Below the pieces are notes generated by a model that did not search any database, was not told the DNA's origin, and saw only the letters and a list, made by a program, of their open reading frames with translations. From sequence record MH221129.1: a stretch of 64,000 nucleotides of DNA. One strand, given 5' to 3'. Shown piece by piece: positions 47,072 through 54,890 of this stretch. How positions within the stretch are numbered: position 1 is the first letter of the stretch; each line of letters opens with the position of its first letter. Both the position numbers and the translations under genes were made by a program.

Positions 47072-48274
47072 ATGGCCGAAATCATTTATCAGTACCCGCT
47101 TGACCTTACCGGGACATTAACGTCGAACGCCGTTACGCGGCGCATTACGTTAGGTTCTGGTAAAGTTAACCGGGCATTTGCTTTTCCCGACGGGGCTTTC
47201 TACGCGGACACCTTTCGCTTAGCGGCTTCGAACAAACCAGGAGTCTATCCGTGGAAGCGCGGCACAGACTACGAACTGGTCTTTGCACATACCGCCTATC
47301 AGAAAATGACCAAGAACCGCGAAGTGGTCATGGGTGTGGTGGTAACGAACTCGGCCATTCCTACCGACATTGAATGCTTTGCACAAGTCGTCGGGGGTAT
47401 GCAGTCAGCAAACGTCGAGGGGATTCGTCAGGTCATCGCATCGCTGAAAATTGAAGACCGCGTCGTCGACTTCAAAGACCTGCGCAACGTGCCTGATACC
47501 TTCCCGTCAGCACCAACGTATAAAGACCTTGGTGACATCTACGGTTTTGAATACATCATTACCGTGTTGGCGGGCATTAAGGATGCCATCAACTCCGGCT
47601 CTGCAGTACAGCTGGAACAGATTAAAGGTATCCTGGACGGACTGAAGAACGACTTCATGTCTGCTCTGACTGCGCACATTAACGCCGAAGGTAACGTCCA
47701 CCATTTGGACATCCACCAGGCGAATGGTTTAACCGAAACCGAAATTCGTGCCCTTATTCAAAGCGTGCAGACTGCTATCGATGCTACGATTAAAGACATC
47801 GGTGATTTAAAAGCAGCAGATACCGCGTTAGGGCAACGTATTGATGCGATTGTTGCATCTTTGGCCGCGTGGAATGACCAGCTGAACGCTGTAGCTCAGA
47901 ACTACCAGAAAGCGATGTTGGCGTTAGCCAACCTCAATGACCTGGTGTTACAGCTGCAGAAAGCCGTCAATGATCTCCGTAACGAGTTGAATGAAACCAA
48001 CCAACGTGTGGACGATCTCGAGAGCCAGGGCAAAGACTTCCAACAGCAAATTGATAACCTGCAGACTCAGATTAACAATCTGAAAACCCAGGTCACCAAT
48101 AACACCAACGCGATTTCTCAGGCGAACCAAAACCTGGCAAACCACGTTGCTGCGGATAACCCGCATCCGAACTACCTGCACAAACAGTATGGTGGTGTGG
48201 TACAAGCAGCTGTCCACATCAACAACAACCTCACGACACGTGATGATGTTCAGGCGGAAGCCGGTACTAAGTAA
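47072..48274 (+). CDS. Short tail fibre-like protein with long coiled coil (start revised to MAEIIYQ)
   Basis: AAGGAG RBS; shared fibre N-module (GAFY...GTDY), heptad-rich coiled coil, HVAADNPH; ends without an obvious tip domain. Confidence 0.75.
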   Translation: MAEIIYQYPLDLTGTLTSNAVTRRITLGSGKVNRAFAFPDGAFYADTFRLAASNKPGVYPWKRGTDYELVFAHTAYQKMTKNREVVMGVVVTNSAIPTDIECFAQVVGGMQSANVEGIRQVIASLKIEDRVVDFKDLRNVPDTFPSAPTYKDLGDIYGFEYIITVLAGIKDAINSGSAVQLEQIKGILDGLKNDFMSALTAHINAEGNVHHLDIHQANGLTETEIRALIQSVQTAIDATIKDIGDLKAADTALGQRIDAIVASLAAWNDQLNAVAQNYQKAMLALANLNDLVLQLQKAVNDLRNELNETNQRVDDLESQGKDFQQQIDNLQTQINNLKTQVTNNTNAISQANQNLANHVAADNPHPNYLHKQYGGVVQAAVHINNNLTTRDDVQAEAGTK

Positions 48275-48281
48275 TTTATTT

Positions 48282-48330
48282 ACGAGCGGGGTCATGTTTA
48301 TGGAACATGACCCTCTCGTTCTTACTTTTT
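48282..48330 (+). terminator. Hairpin (possible leaky terminator/attenuator) ahead of the Cys-rich genes
   Basis: GGGTCATGTT-TATGG-AACATGACCC with outer ACGAG/CTCGT, followed by TCTTACTTTTT. Confidence 0.5.
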
Positions 48331-48341
48331 AAGGAAGCGTA

Positions 48342-48734
48342 ATGGCGATATCGATTAAAAACGTCCGTGACCGCTTGACCAACGTGGAAAACAATATGGC
48401 AACACAACCGCGTGTTGACCCACAAGTCGCGACGAAGGCGTATAACGCCGCAGACCGATTTGCAGGGTGGACGCCAGCGCAGCTGGATTGCGGGGGTACG
48501 TGCTCTTGGACGTGTTCCAACGGATGCTCACACGGGTGTTCGAGTTGTTCTGGTAGTTGCTCGGCCTCATGTATTGGTAGCTGTTCCTCTACATGCGGTG
48601 GTAACTGTTCCGGTTGTTCTGGTTGTTCCGGTGGCTGTAGTTCTAGCTGTACAGGTAACTGCTCAGGTGGGTGCGGTGGTTCTTGTTCATCGAACTGTTC
48701 AGGGGCTTGTTCGGGTGGCTGCTCTGGCCGATAG
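48342..48734 (+). CDS. CxxxC-repeat Cys/Ser/Gly-rich precursor peptide 1 (130 aa, 21 Cys)
   Basis: Cys-free N-region of 49 aa, then CGGTCSWTCSNGC...; AAGGAAG RBS. Confidence 0.85.
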   Translation: MAISIKNVRDRLTNVENNMATQPRVDPQVATKAYNAADRFAGWTPAQLDCGGTCSWTCSNGCSHGCSSCSGSCSASCIGSCSSTCGGNCSGCSGCSGGCSSSCTGNCSGGCGGSCSSNCSGACSGGCSGR

Positions 48735-48742
48735 GGGGAATA

Positions 48743-49144
48743 ATGGCAATCGGATTAAAAGCACTTAAATCTCGACTCGATGTAGTCGATGCTAATGCTT
48801 TAAAGAATACCACGAACGTGCAGAACTACATTCGTAACAAGGCAACGAATAACACTGATTTATTCGGCGGGCAACCGCGTGCGCATTACGACTGTGGCGG
48901 CACCTGTTCGTTTAGCTGCTCAAGCTGCTCCGGTGGATGTACCGGTTCTGCTTCGGGTGGCTGTGGCTCTACTTGTTCTGCAAACTGTGTCTCTGGTTGC
49001 TCCAGTAGTTGTACAGGTTGTAGTTCATCATGTTCGGGCGGTTGCTCCGGCAGCTGTACAGGTAACTGTTCAGGCGGCTGTGGTAAATCGTGCTCGGCAA
49101 ACTGTTCTGGTTCTTGCTCTGGCGGATGTTCTGGCCCGATGTAA
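48743..49144 (+). CDS. CxxxC-repeat precursor peptide 2 (133 aa, 20 Cys; start revised to MAIGLKA)
   Basis: GGGGGAA RBS; N-region homologous to peptide 1; core CGGTCSFSC... Confidence 0.85.
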   Translation: MAIGLKALKSRLDVVDANALKNTTNVQNYIRNKATNNTDLFGGQPRAHYDCGGTCSFSCSSCSGGCTGSASGGCGSTCSANCVSGCSSSCTGCSSSCSGGCSGSCTGNCSGGCGKSCSANCSGSCSGGCSGPM

Positions 49145-49156
49145 TGGAGGTTACCC

Positions 49157-49363
49157 GTGATAAGTCTCAAGAACGTTCGAGACCGCCTCGTCACTGCAGA
49201 GGGTTATCTCACCACCGCTCAAGCAAACAGCTACATCGCTAACCAGGGAACTGTGTCCACCACGAATAACCTGGCGTCTTTACCCTTGTCCCACTATAAC
49301 TGTAATGGTGGGTGTAGCTGGTCATGTAGCGGAAGCTGCAGCCGTGGCGCAGGAAATCGATAA
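49157..49363 (+). CDS. Short CxxxC precursor peptide 3 (68 aa, 4 Cys, GTG start)
   Basis: GGAGG RBS; ISLKNVRDRL is near-identical to the peptide 1 N-terminus; core CNGGCSWSCSGSC. Confidence 0.8.
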   Translation: MISLKNVRDRLVTAEGYLTTAQANSYIANQGTVSTTNNLASLPLSHYNCNGGCSWSCSGSCSRGAGNR

Positions 49364-49390
49364 TGGCGCTTTAAAAGTTTGGAGTATTAA

Positions 49391-50278
49391 ATGAAGAACG
49401 ATTTGCATCTTGCGTATAAAACCACGTTTAACCACCCACTGCATTTGTCATCACCCGACTCGGTTCGTGCACATCTTGCCGATCAGGTACGCTTGATTGC
49501 ACAGATTCCTGGCGAGTGGCCAAAGGTACGTGGACGTTTTCTTACCAATCCGGAAAACTATACCGTTGAAAATACGTTTAAGATCCGTGATATGGAAGCC
49601 CAAAGCATTGTTATCTTCAACGGCGATGGTAACTCTCGTGGGGTGTTGGTTGGCGGGAAGTATTTCTTCAGTGAAGGGATTTTGAATAACAGTGTGGACT
49701 TAGAATTAATGTTCACACCGTTTGATGAACTGGAAGCGAAACCGATGGCACGCCGTTGGTGGAGTCCGGATTATCTCGGTTCTTTCCCGTACTACTTTGT
49801 GCTGGTTCCAGTAGAAACTGAAACCTACTTTGATACCGAGCCGTATATCGATATCGAAGGCTACAAAGAGTTAGGCATCACCTGTCTCGCGGATATGATG
49901 GCGTATAGCTATAAGTTCGTCTGGGACAAACGTCGTTCGGTCTGGTACGCACTGACTGATGAGTTTGAAATCACTAAACGTATCCGCAAACCGTGGATGC
50001 AGCATTTAGTGCAGACCCGTCACGGTGATTATCCAGCAACCGAAGCCGACTTAAGTAAGCTGGTCAGTTTCTTACTGACGAAAGTTGACCTTACCGACGA
50101 AGAAGCGGAAGCGGTCTCTGAGTTCCGTTCCCGTGCTGTAACGTTGGCCGACTTAAAACGTCTGAACGAACGCCAGTACGACCTGAACAAAATCCTGGCC
50201 GCCTATCACTCGCCAATGCTGCTTGTGCCGGGGGCTAATGTAAACGAAGATCCTTTATTCGCTATTGACTATATTTAA
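49391..50278 (+). CDS. Unknown protein in the radical SAM/Cys-peptide cluster (295 aa)
   Basis: GGAG RBS; aromatic-rich, helical C-terminus; no recognisable motif. Confidence 0.75.
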   Translation: MKNDLHLAYKTTFNHPLHLSSPDSVRAHLADQVRLIAQIPGEWPKVRGRFLTNPENYTVENTFKIRDMEAQSIVIFNGDGNSRGVLVGGKYFFSEGILNNSVDLELMFTPFDELEAKPMARRWWSPDYLGSFPYYFVLVPVETETYFDTEPYIDIEGYKELGITCLADMMAYSYKFVWDKRRSVWYALTDEFEITKRIRKPWMQHLVQTRHGDYPATEADLSKLVSFLLTKVDLTDEEAEAVSEFRSRAVTLADLKRLNERQYDLNKILAAYHSPMLLVPGANVNEDPLFAIDYI

Positions 50279-50299
50279 AAAATACTGGAGCAACCTGCA

Positions 50300-51217
50300 A
50301 TGACAGACAAAGTAGAATCCAGGATCTCGTCTGAACTGTATGACAAACCGTCAATCCTGTCGGTTGTCACAACGTCTAAGTGTAACTTAGACTGTAGCTT
50401 CTGTGGAGGAGCCTATTACATGGATCGCGAGGACACTTCTCGTGAATTTCAACGCAGCCAGATTATGGAACAGCTTGAGCTGAACCCTGGCATTCAGGAG
50501 ATTCACTGGACGGGCGGTGAGCCGTTACTGGCACAGCGTAAAATTGAAGATTTCTTCTTCGAGCTTAAAGAATCACACCCGCACCTCAAACATCAGATGT
50601 ACACCAACGGTTTAAAGATGCGTAAGTCGCATCTGCCGATGCTGAAACAGTTCGACGTCATTTTCGTGTCTATCGACGGCTACACCAAGTCGGAACGTCC
50701 GTTTATGAACTTCATTAACGGCGGTAACCACGAAGCGTTGGAAACGCTGTATGAGCTGGACAACTATTACAGTTGGGGTGTCATGACCCGCGACCAGCTT
50801 GGTGACAAGCGTTGGTACGAAGACTTCATCGAGTTGCACCGTGCGCTGTATCACTACCGTCCAGGTGGTGTGTCGTTGCTGTTCGATGCGATGATGCCTA
50901 AACCGCTCTCGCCAGACCACGTCATGAACTTCATGTACGGATACTGGAAGATTCTGGATAATATCGAACGTCTGAATATGCAGAATGACACGGAATGTGG
51001 CTTGGCTATCAGCAAAATGTTTGATACCGAGTGTAACATCTGTAGCGAAGTGCTGTGGTTAAATGCCGATGGTGCCATCGAGCAAAACCAAAACGCTCCA
51101 GAGATTGTGAGTGTGGGCTGTAACCGACTGGCACGTTCCATCGGGGTTGAAGCTTACAATTACATCAACCGTGTTATTTCTGCTAAACGTATTCGGGCGG
51201 CTAAAAATGAGCAATGA
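50300..51217 (+). CDS. Radical SAM enzyme 1 (305 aa, short Cys-containing C-terminal extension)
   Basis: CNLDCSFC (CX3CX2C), WTGGEPLL, MYTNG, VSIDG; C-terminal CNIC...GC. Confidence 0.92.
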   Translation: MTDKVESRISSELYDKPSILSVVTTSKCNLDCSFCGGAYYMDREDTSREFQRSQIMEQLELNPGIQEIHWTGGEPLLAQRKIEDFFFELKESHPHLKHQMYTNGLKMRKSHLPMLKQFDVIFVSIDGYTKSERPFMNFINGGNHEALETLYELDNYYSWGVMTRDQLGDKRWYEDFIELHRALYHYRPGGVSLLFDAMMPKPLSPDHVMNFMYGYWKILDNIERLNMQNDTECGLAISKMFDTECNICSEVLWLNADGAIEQNQNAPEIVSVGCNRLARSIGVEAYNYINRVISAKRIRAAKNEQ

Positions 51218-52535
51218 CCAACCCATCCAGTATACCCCTCGCACTTATCAGGTCGTAACTAACCTGTCGTGCAACCTCGACTGCGAATATTGCTACGAGC
51301 GTAAATACCCGCGTAACAACAAAGCTGCTGACGTCATCGACTTTATCCACGCCTGTTTTGAGCGTGATAAAGATATCGAAAACGTAGAAGTCATCATCGA
51401 TATCATCGGTGGTGAGCCGTTCATGCAGCCGAAGTTGCTGATTGCTGCTTTTGAAACCGCAGAAGAGTTGTGCAAAATTCACAGCCGTCCGTACATGTTC
51501 AGTATTTCCACGAACGGTACGCTGCTCGATCGCCCACTGAACCGTGAGATTATCGACCGCTGGAAAGACAAGCTGTCTATCGGTGTGTCTATCGATGGTC
51601 TGCCGGAAGTACACGACAAATACCGTATCTTTACAACTACCCGTGAAGGGTCGTATGAAGCTGCGGTGAAAGGGTACAACTACCTGAAAGAAGTCGGTAT
51701 CGCAGAACTGGGCGTTAAAGCAACCTTCACCATCGACACATTGCCGCATTACGGCGCGAGCATGAAGTCGCTGATTGACATGGCGGGCGGTGGTACTATC
51801 TCCGGTAACGTAACGTACGAAGACATTCTGCCTCGTTCGATGGCGTTGGATATCGCTGCGCAGATGATGGACGTGATGGACTACTGGGTGGAAAAAGGTT
51901 TACACACCAACCCGCGTAACATCATCACCCACATCATTCCCGATGGCCTGGACTTCATGCAAATCTGGGACCCTGACTGGCGTGATAAACTGCTGCACGA
52001 CGACACGGTACGTCTGAACCCAGACCGCCTGCGTCCTTACTGCGGTACGCTGACGCACATGACTTGCTTAGGTTTCGACCGTAAGATTTATGGTTGTAAC
52101 CGATTCATGTCGACAGTTACTACACGTTCTGCTGTTGCGGAGCTGGTTGGCCGTGAGTTCGTTAGCCTGGATGGCGGTGCGCTGCTGGAAGAAATTCAGA
52201 CTCAGTACACCAACTACCCGGAAACCTGCCTGGGTTGCCCAATGAAACACAGCTGCGGTAGCTGCGCCGCTGCGTCTTACGAGAACGGCGAAGGGACACT
52301 GGAAGACCGTAAAGCATACCACGCTGAGCGTCGCCAGTGTGGTTGGACCACCGCTAAGCTGATGGCTGCGGAATACTGGTTCCAGAAAATGGGCAGCACC
52401 AAAGGTTCTGACTTCCATGACAAGTCAGTCTGCTATTGTGCACGTTGTGTGCGCCAACGCAAAGAAGCGAATATAAAACAACTATCCGGAGTTCAGAATG
52501 AAGTCGATACTGATTCACAATTTTACGAAGCGTAA
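51207..52535 (+). CDS. Radical SAM/SPASM peptide maturase (442 aa; start revised to MSNDQP)
   Basis: CNLDCEYC, IIGGEPF, ISTNGT, VSIDG; SPASM-like YCG..TC.GFD.KIYGC and CLGCPMKHSCGSC...C; extra CYCARC near the C-terminus. Confidence 0.92.
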   Translation: MSNDQPIQYTPRTYQVVTNLSCNLDCEYCYERKYPRNNKAADVIDFIHACFERDKDIENVEVIIDIIGGEPFMQPKLLIAAFETAEELCKIHSRPYMFSISTNGTLLDRPLNREIIDRWKDKLSIGVSIDGLPEVHDKYRIFTTTREGSYEAAVKGYNYLKEVGIAELGVKATFTIDTLPHYGASMKSLIDMAGGGTISGNVTYEDILPRSMALDIAAQMMDVMDYWVEKGLHTNPRNIITHIIPDGLDFMQIWDPDWRDKLLHDDTVRLNPDRLRPYCGTLTHMTCLGFDRKIYGCNRFMSTVTTRSAVAELVGREFVSLDGGALLEEIQTQYTNYPETCLGCPMKHSCGSCAAASYENGEGTLEDRKAYHAERRQCGWTTAKLMAAEYWFQKMGSTKGSDFHDKSVCYCARCVRQRKEANIKQLSGVQNEVDTDSQFYEA

Positions 52536-53064
52536 ACTACATCTGGTAGATCGTTTCTTGCGTAAGAAGAAACTCTACAACGTTCACGCTATCGTGTCCG
52601 GTGAAGACTTCACGGACGAGATTCAGGGCTTGCTGGTGAAGTACGGCCTGAATGTTATTATCCCTGTTACGTGTGTTGAACAGGGCCACGAATCGGTAGC
52701 GGAAATCGAGAAGCGTAACCCAGGTTTCGAAGCGCGTGTGTTGGCGTACCCTCGCCACAAAATCGAACTGCTTCGTCACTCGGGTTTGGAGCCTAGCCCG
52801 GAGAGTATTATTGCTCTCGGCCTGTCTTTCCCGCGCTTGCGCATTCGCAACCTGCGTAACACTACGCCGGTAGATGCCTACTACACTGAGCGTCAGATGT
52901 TTGAAGAATTCCTTTTCCCGCAGCTGGAAGAGGAAGAACAACATCAGATTTCGGTGCTGTGGGGCGGCGACCTCGATCAGAGCTTCTCATTGCTGGACTT
53001 CGGTTTGCTATTTGAACTTGACCTGATTGAGGAGGACGAATGTCTGCTTCTGACAAAAGCCTGA
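52498..53064 (+). CDS. Unknown protein in the radical SAM cluster (188 aa)
   Basis: Overlaps the rSAM2 3' end (38 nt) and the next gene (25 nt), consistent with coupling. Confidence 0.7.
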   Translation: MKSILIHNFTKRKLHLVDRFLRKKKLYNVHAIVSGEDFTDEIQGLLVKYGLNVIIPVTCVEQGHESVAEIEKRNPGFEARVLAYPRHKIELLRHSGLEPSPESIIALGLSFPRLRIRNLRNTTPVDAYYTERQMFEEFLFPQLEEEEQHQISVLWGGDLDQSFSLLDFGLLFELDLIEEDECLLLTKA

Positions 53065-53711
53065 CGAAAGATGAAATTCGCGCTCGTTATTTTGAGCGCG
53101 ATTTACCTATCGACCGGCACGGTAACTACATGGAGCGTATCGGGGCACAAGACCAGGGTCGTACCGGGTTCTGTGCGCTGTTGCATTACCATTTGATCGA
53201 AGGTATGTCCGACAAAGACGCACTGGCCAAGATGAAACTGTACGAAATGTCAGCCATCGAAGCCAACTTCACACTGAAACGTGCAAAAGAGTTCATTTCC
53301 GATGTTCTGGAAATCGACCTGGACGACATTCGTAAGAACATGAAGTCCACCGCACGTTACATCTACGAAGATGTGCAGAAGATGCTGCAGGAGTTAGACC
53401 ACCGCTACGAAGACCAACGTCACGGATTCATCGAGTTCGAAGGGTGTCATTTCCAGGCGGATGAAAACTCCCGTTCTATCCTCGGGCAATACATCCAGGC
53501 GAACCATGCTCCGGAATACTGGCTTGACACCACCAATACACGCATTGAGCCGTTTAGCGTGGAACAGTGTCAGGCGCTGTTAGCTGCCATTGTACAGCGT
53601 GACCAGGAACTCCACGCGACGATGTCAGACGCGAAGAAACAGATTCGTGTACTGGCAGAAGCGCGGGACTTCACCGGCCTGAAAGCGTTGCAAGAACAGC
53701 TTGGCATGTAA
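53040..53711 (+). CDS. DUF4376-like tail fibre assembly chaperone with N-terminal extra domain
   Basis: C-half FEGCHFQADENSR...WLDTTN...LLAAIVQR...KKQI fits the DUF4376 pattern. Confidence 0.7.
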   Translation: MSASDKSLTKDEIRARYFERDLPIDRHGNYMERIGAQDQGRTGFCALLHYHLIEGMSDKDALAKMKLYEMSAIEANFTLKRAKEFISDVLEIDLDDIRKNMKSTARYIYEDVQKMLQELDHRYEDQRHGFIEFEGCHFQADENSRSILGQYIQANHAPEYWLDTTNTRIEPFSVEQCQALLAAIVQRDQELHATMSDAKKQIRVLAEARDFTGLKALQEQLGM

Positions 53712-53725
53712 ATAAAAAAGAAAGT

Positions 53726-53749
53726 CCTCTCTACCCTAGGGTAGAGAGG
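53726..53749. terminator. Bidirectional terminator closing the fibre/rSAM operon
   Basis: CCTCTCTACCC-TA-GGGTAGAGAGG flanked by A- and T-runs. Confidence 0.85.
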
Positions 53750-53758
53750 TGCTTTTAT

Positions 53759-54268
53759 TTAATTGAACCCATCGAGGTCGCCGTACTTGGTCTGCAGATT
53801 ATCCTTACCATCGTAAACACGGTACACCATTGCGCCCGTCCACTTTAGATGCTCAGAATCAATCTTAACTTTGAATTCCGTCCAATCTTTCCCATCGTTC
53901 CCCGAACCCATCACCGTCAAAGTGATTTCGTCCAGGGTAAGTTTATGATCAGGTAAGAACTGATTAAAGTTGTACAAAACAAATTTGGGATCTGACCAGT
54001 AAGCTACCACATCGCCCATCGCTACGGTATAAACGTCTTCACCGTTCGGATGGGTGAAATCAAATCTTCGATAGTGGTATTCTTTACTTCCTGCGAATGG
54101 ACTGGCCGACTTTGCCGTCAACGTGAGCGCGGTATTACGCACATCGCCTTCCGTAGACGAAGCGTGTTTTGCCGGGCTACTGAAATCTACATCAGCCAAC
54201 GTCAGACCCAACCCTGGGTTCTTGGCATTCACTAAATCAATGATTTCTTCTTGCAAAGTCTTAGCCAT
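53759..54268 (-). CDS. Tail-associated paralog family A (GxLDGF C-terminus)
   Basis: LVNAKNPGL...FAG..YxR...GDLDGFN; GGAG RBS before ATG 54268. Confidence 0.75.
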   Translation of the reverse strand: MAKTLQEEIIDLVNAKNPGLGLTLADVDFSSPAKHASSTEGDVRNTALTLTAKSASPFAGSKEYHYRRFDFTHPNGEDVYTVAMGDVVAYWSDPKFVLYNFNQFLPDHKLTLDEITLTVMGSGNDGKDWTEFKVKIDSEHLKWTGAMVYRVYDGKDNLQTKYGDLDGFN

Positions 54269-54285
54269 CTGCAATCTCCAGGGGG

Positions 54286-54801
54286 TTAGTTAAAACCGTC
54301 CAATTCGCCATCAAGGCGACCGAGGTCTCTGACTTTTGGTGTTATCGTGTAGGTGAACCCCAGATGTCCGTTATCTGGCGGTAAGAACTTAATGCTGTTG
54401 GCGATGGAAACCATTACCACCAGGCGTCCATCTTCTGTCTCACTCCGACCGATGGTGAGTTCTTGCGCAGTAAATGCGTCGTCCGGCCAGGTTTGCTGTA
54501 GCCGCGCATTCATTTGGTCGAGCACGTAAGCGTCGTCATCCCAACGTTCCGGATTGCTTGAGTTCCAGGCGTCGTCGGTAATTCCCGATGGAACACGGTT
54601 ATAGTAGATAGTCATCGACCCAGCGAAATAGAGCGATTCTTCTTTCGCTGTGAGATACGACATCGTATTCCATTTGTTGGGATCTGGACTACCCATCATC
54701 GGGTTGTCGTAAATCTCGATATCATCTAAAGTTGCCGGATGGGGTAAATTGGGATTGGCTGCATTATACAGCGCGAGGAGTTGCTCTTTTGAAGATGCCA
54801 T
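54286..54801 (-). CDS. Tail-associated paralog family A
   Basis: LYNAANPNL...FAG..YNR...GELDGFN. Confidence 0.75.
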   Translation of the reverse strand: MASSKEQLLALYNAANPNLPHPATLDDIEIYDNPMMGSPDPNKWNTMSYLTAKEESLYFAGSMTIYYNRVPSGITDDAWNSSNPERWDDDAYVLDQMNARLQQTWPDDAFTAQELTIGRSETEDGRLVVMVSIANSIKFLPPDNGHLGFTYTITPKVRDLGRLDGELDGFN

Positions 54802-54890
54802 GATGGGCTCCTTGTGTTGCGAAAAGAAAGTCCATGTGGTTCGCCATCTAAGCGTGGTGATACCCGTGCAGGTGAATTATTTTAGAGTAA

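Noticed and set aside
48412-48768. Val-rich alternative-frame ORF over peptide 1
   Set aside because: Frame-shifted shadow of the TGT/TCx repeats; the Cys frame has the RBS and paralogy.
48342-49144. Possible CRISPR array or DNA tandem repeat
   Set aside because: Periodicity is at protein level; no identical direct repeats with unique spacers.
48886-49194. Minus-strand ORF with EQ/PEQ repeats
   Set aside because: Antisense shadow of the Cys/Ser/Gly codons of peptide 2; no RBS or context.
48342-49363. Cys-rich ORFs as metallothioneins or low-complexity artefacts
   Set aside because: Conserved leaders and junctions, mixed codon usage and adjacent rSAM/SPASM genes favour modification substrates. 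Metal binding is not excluded.
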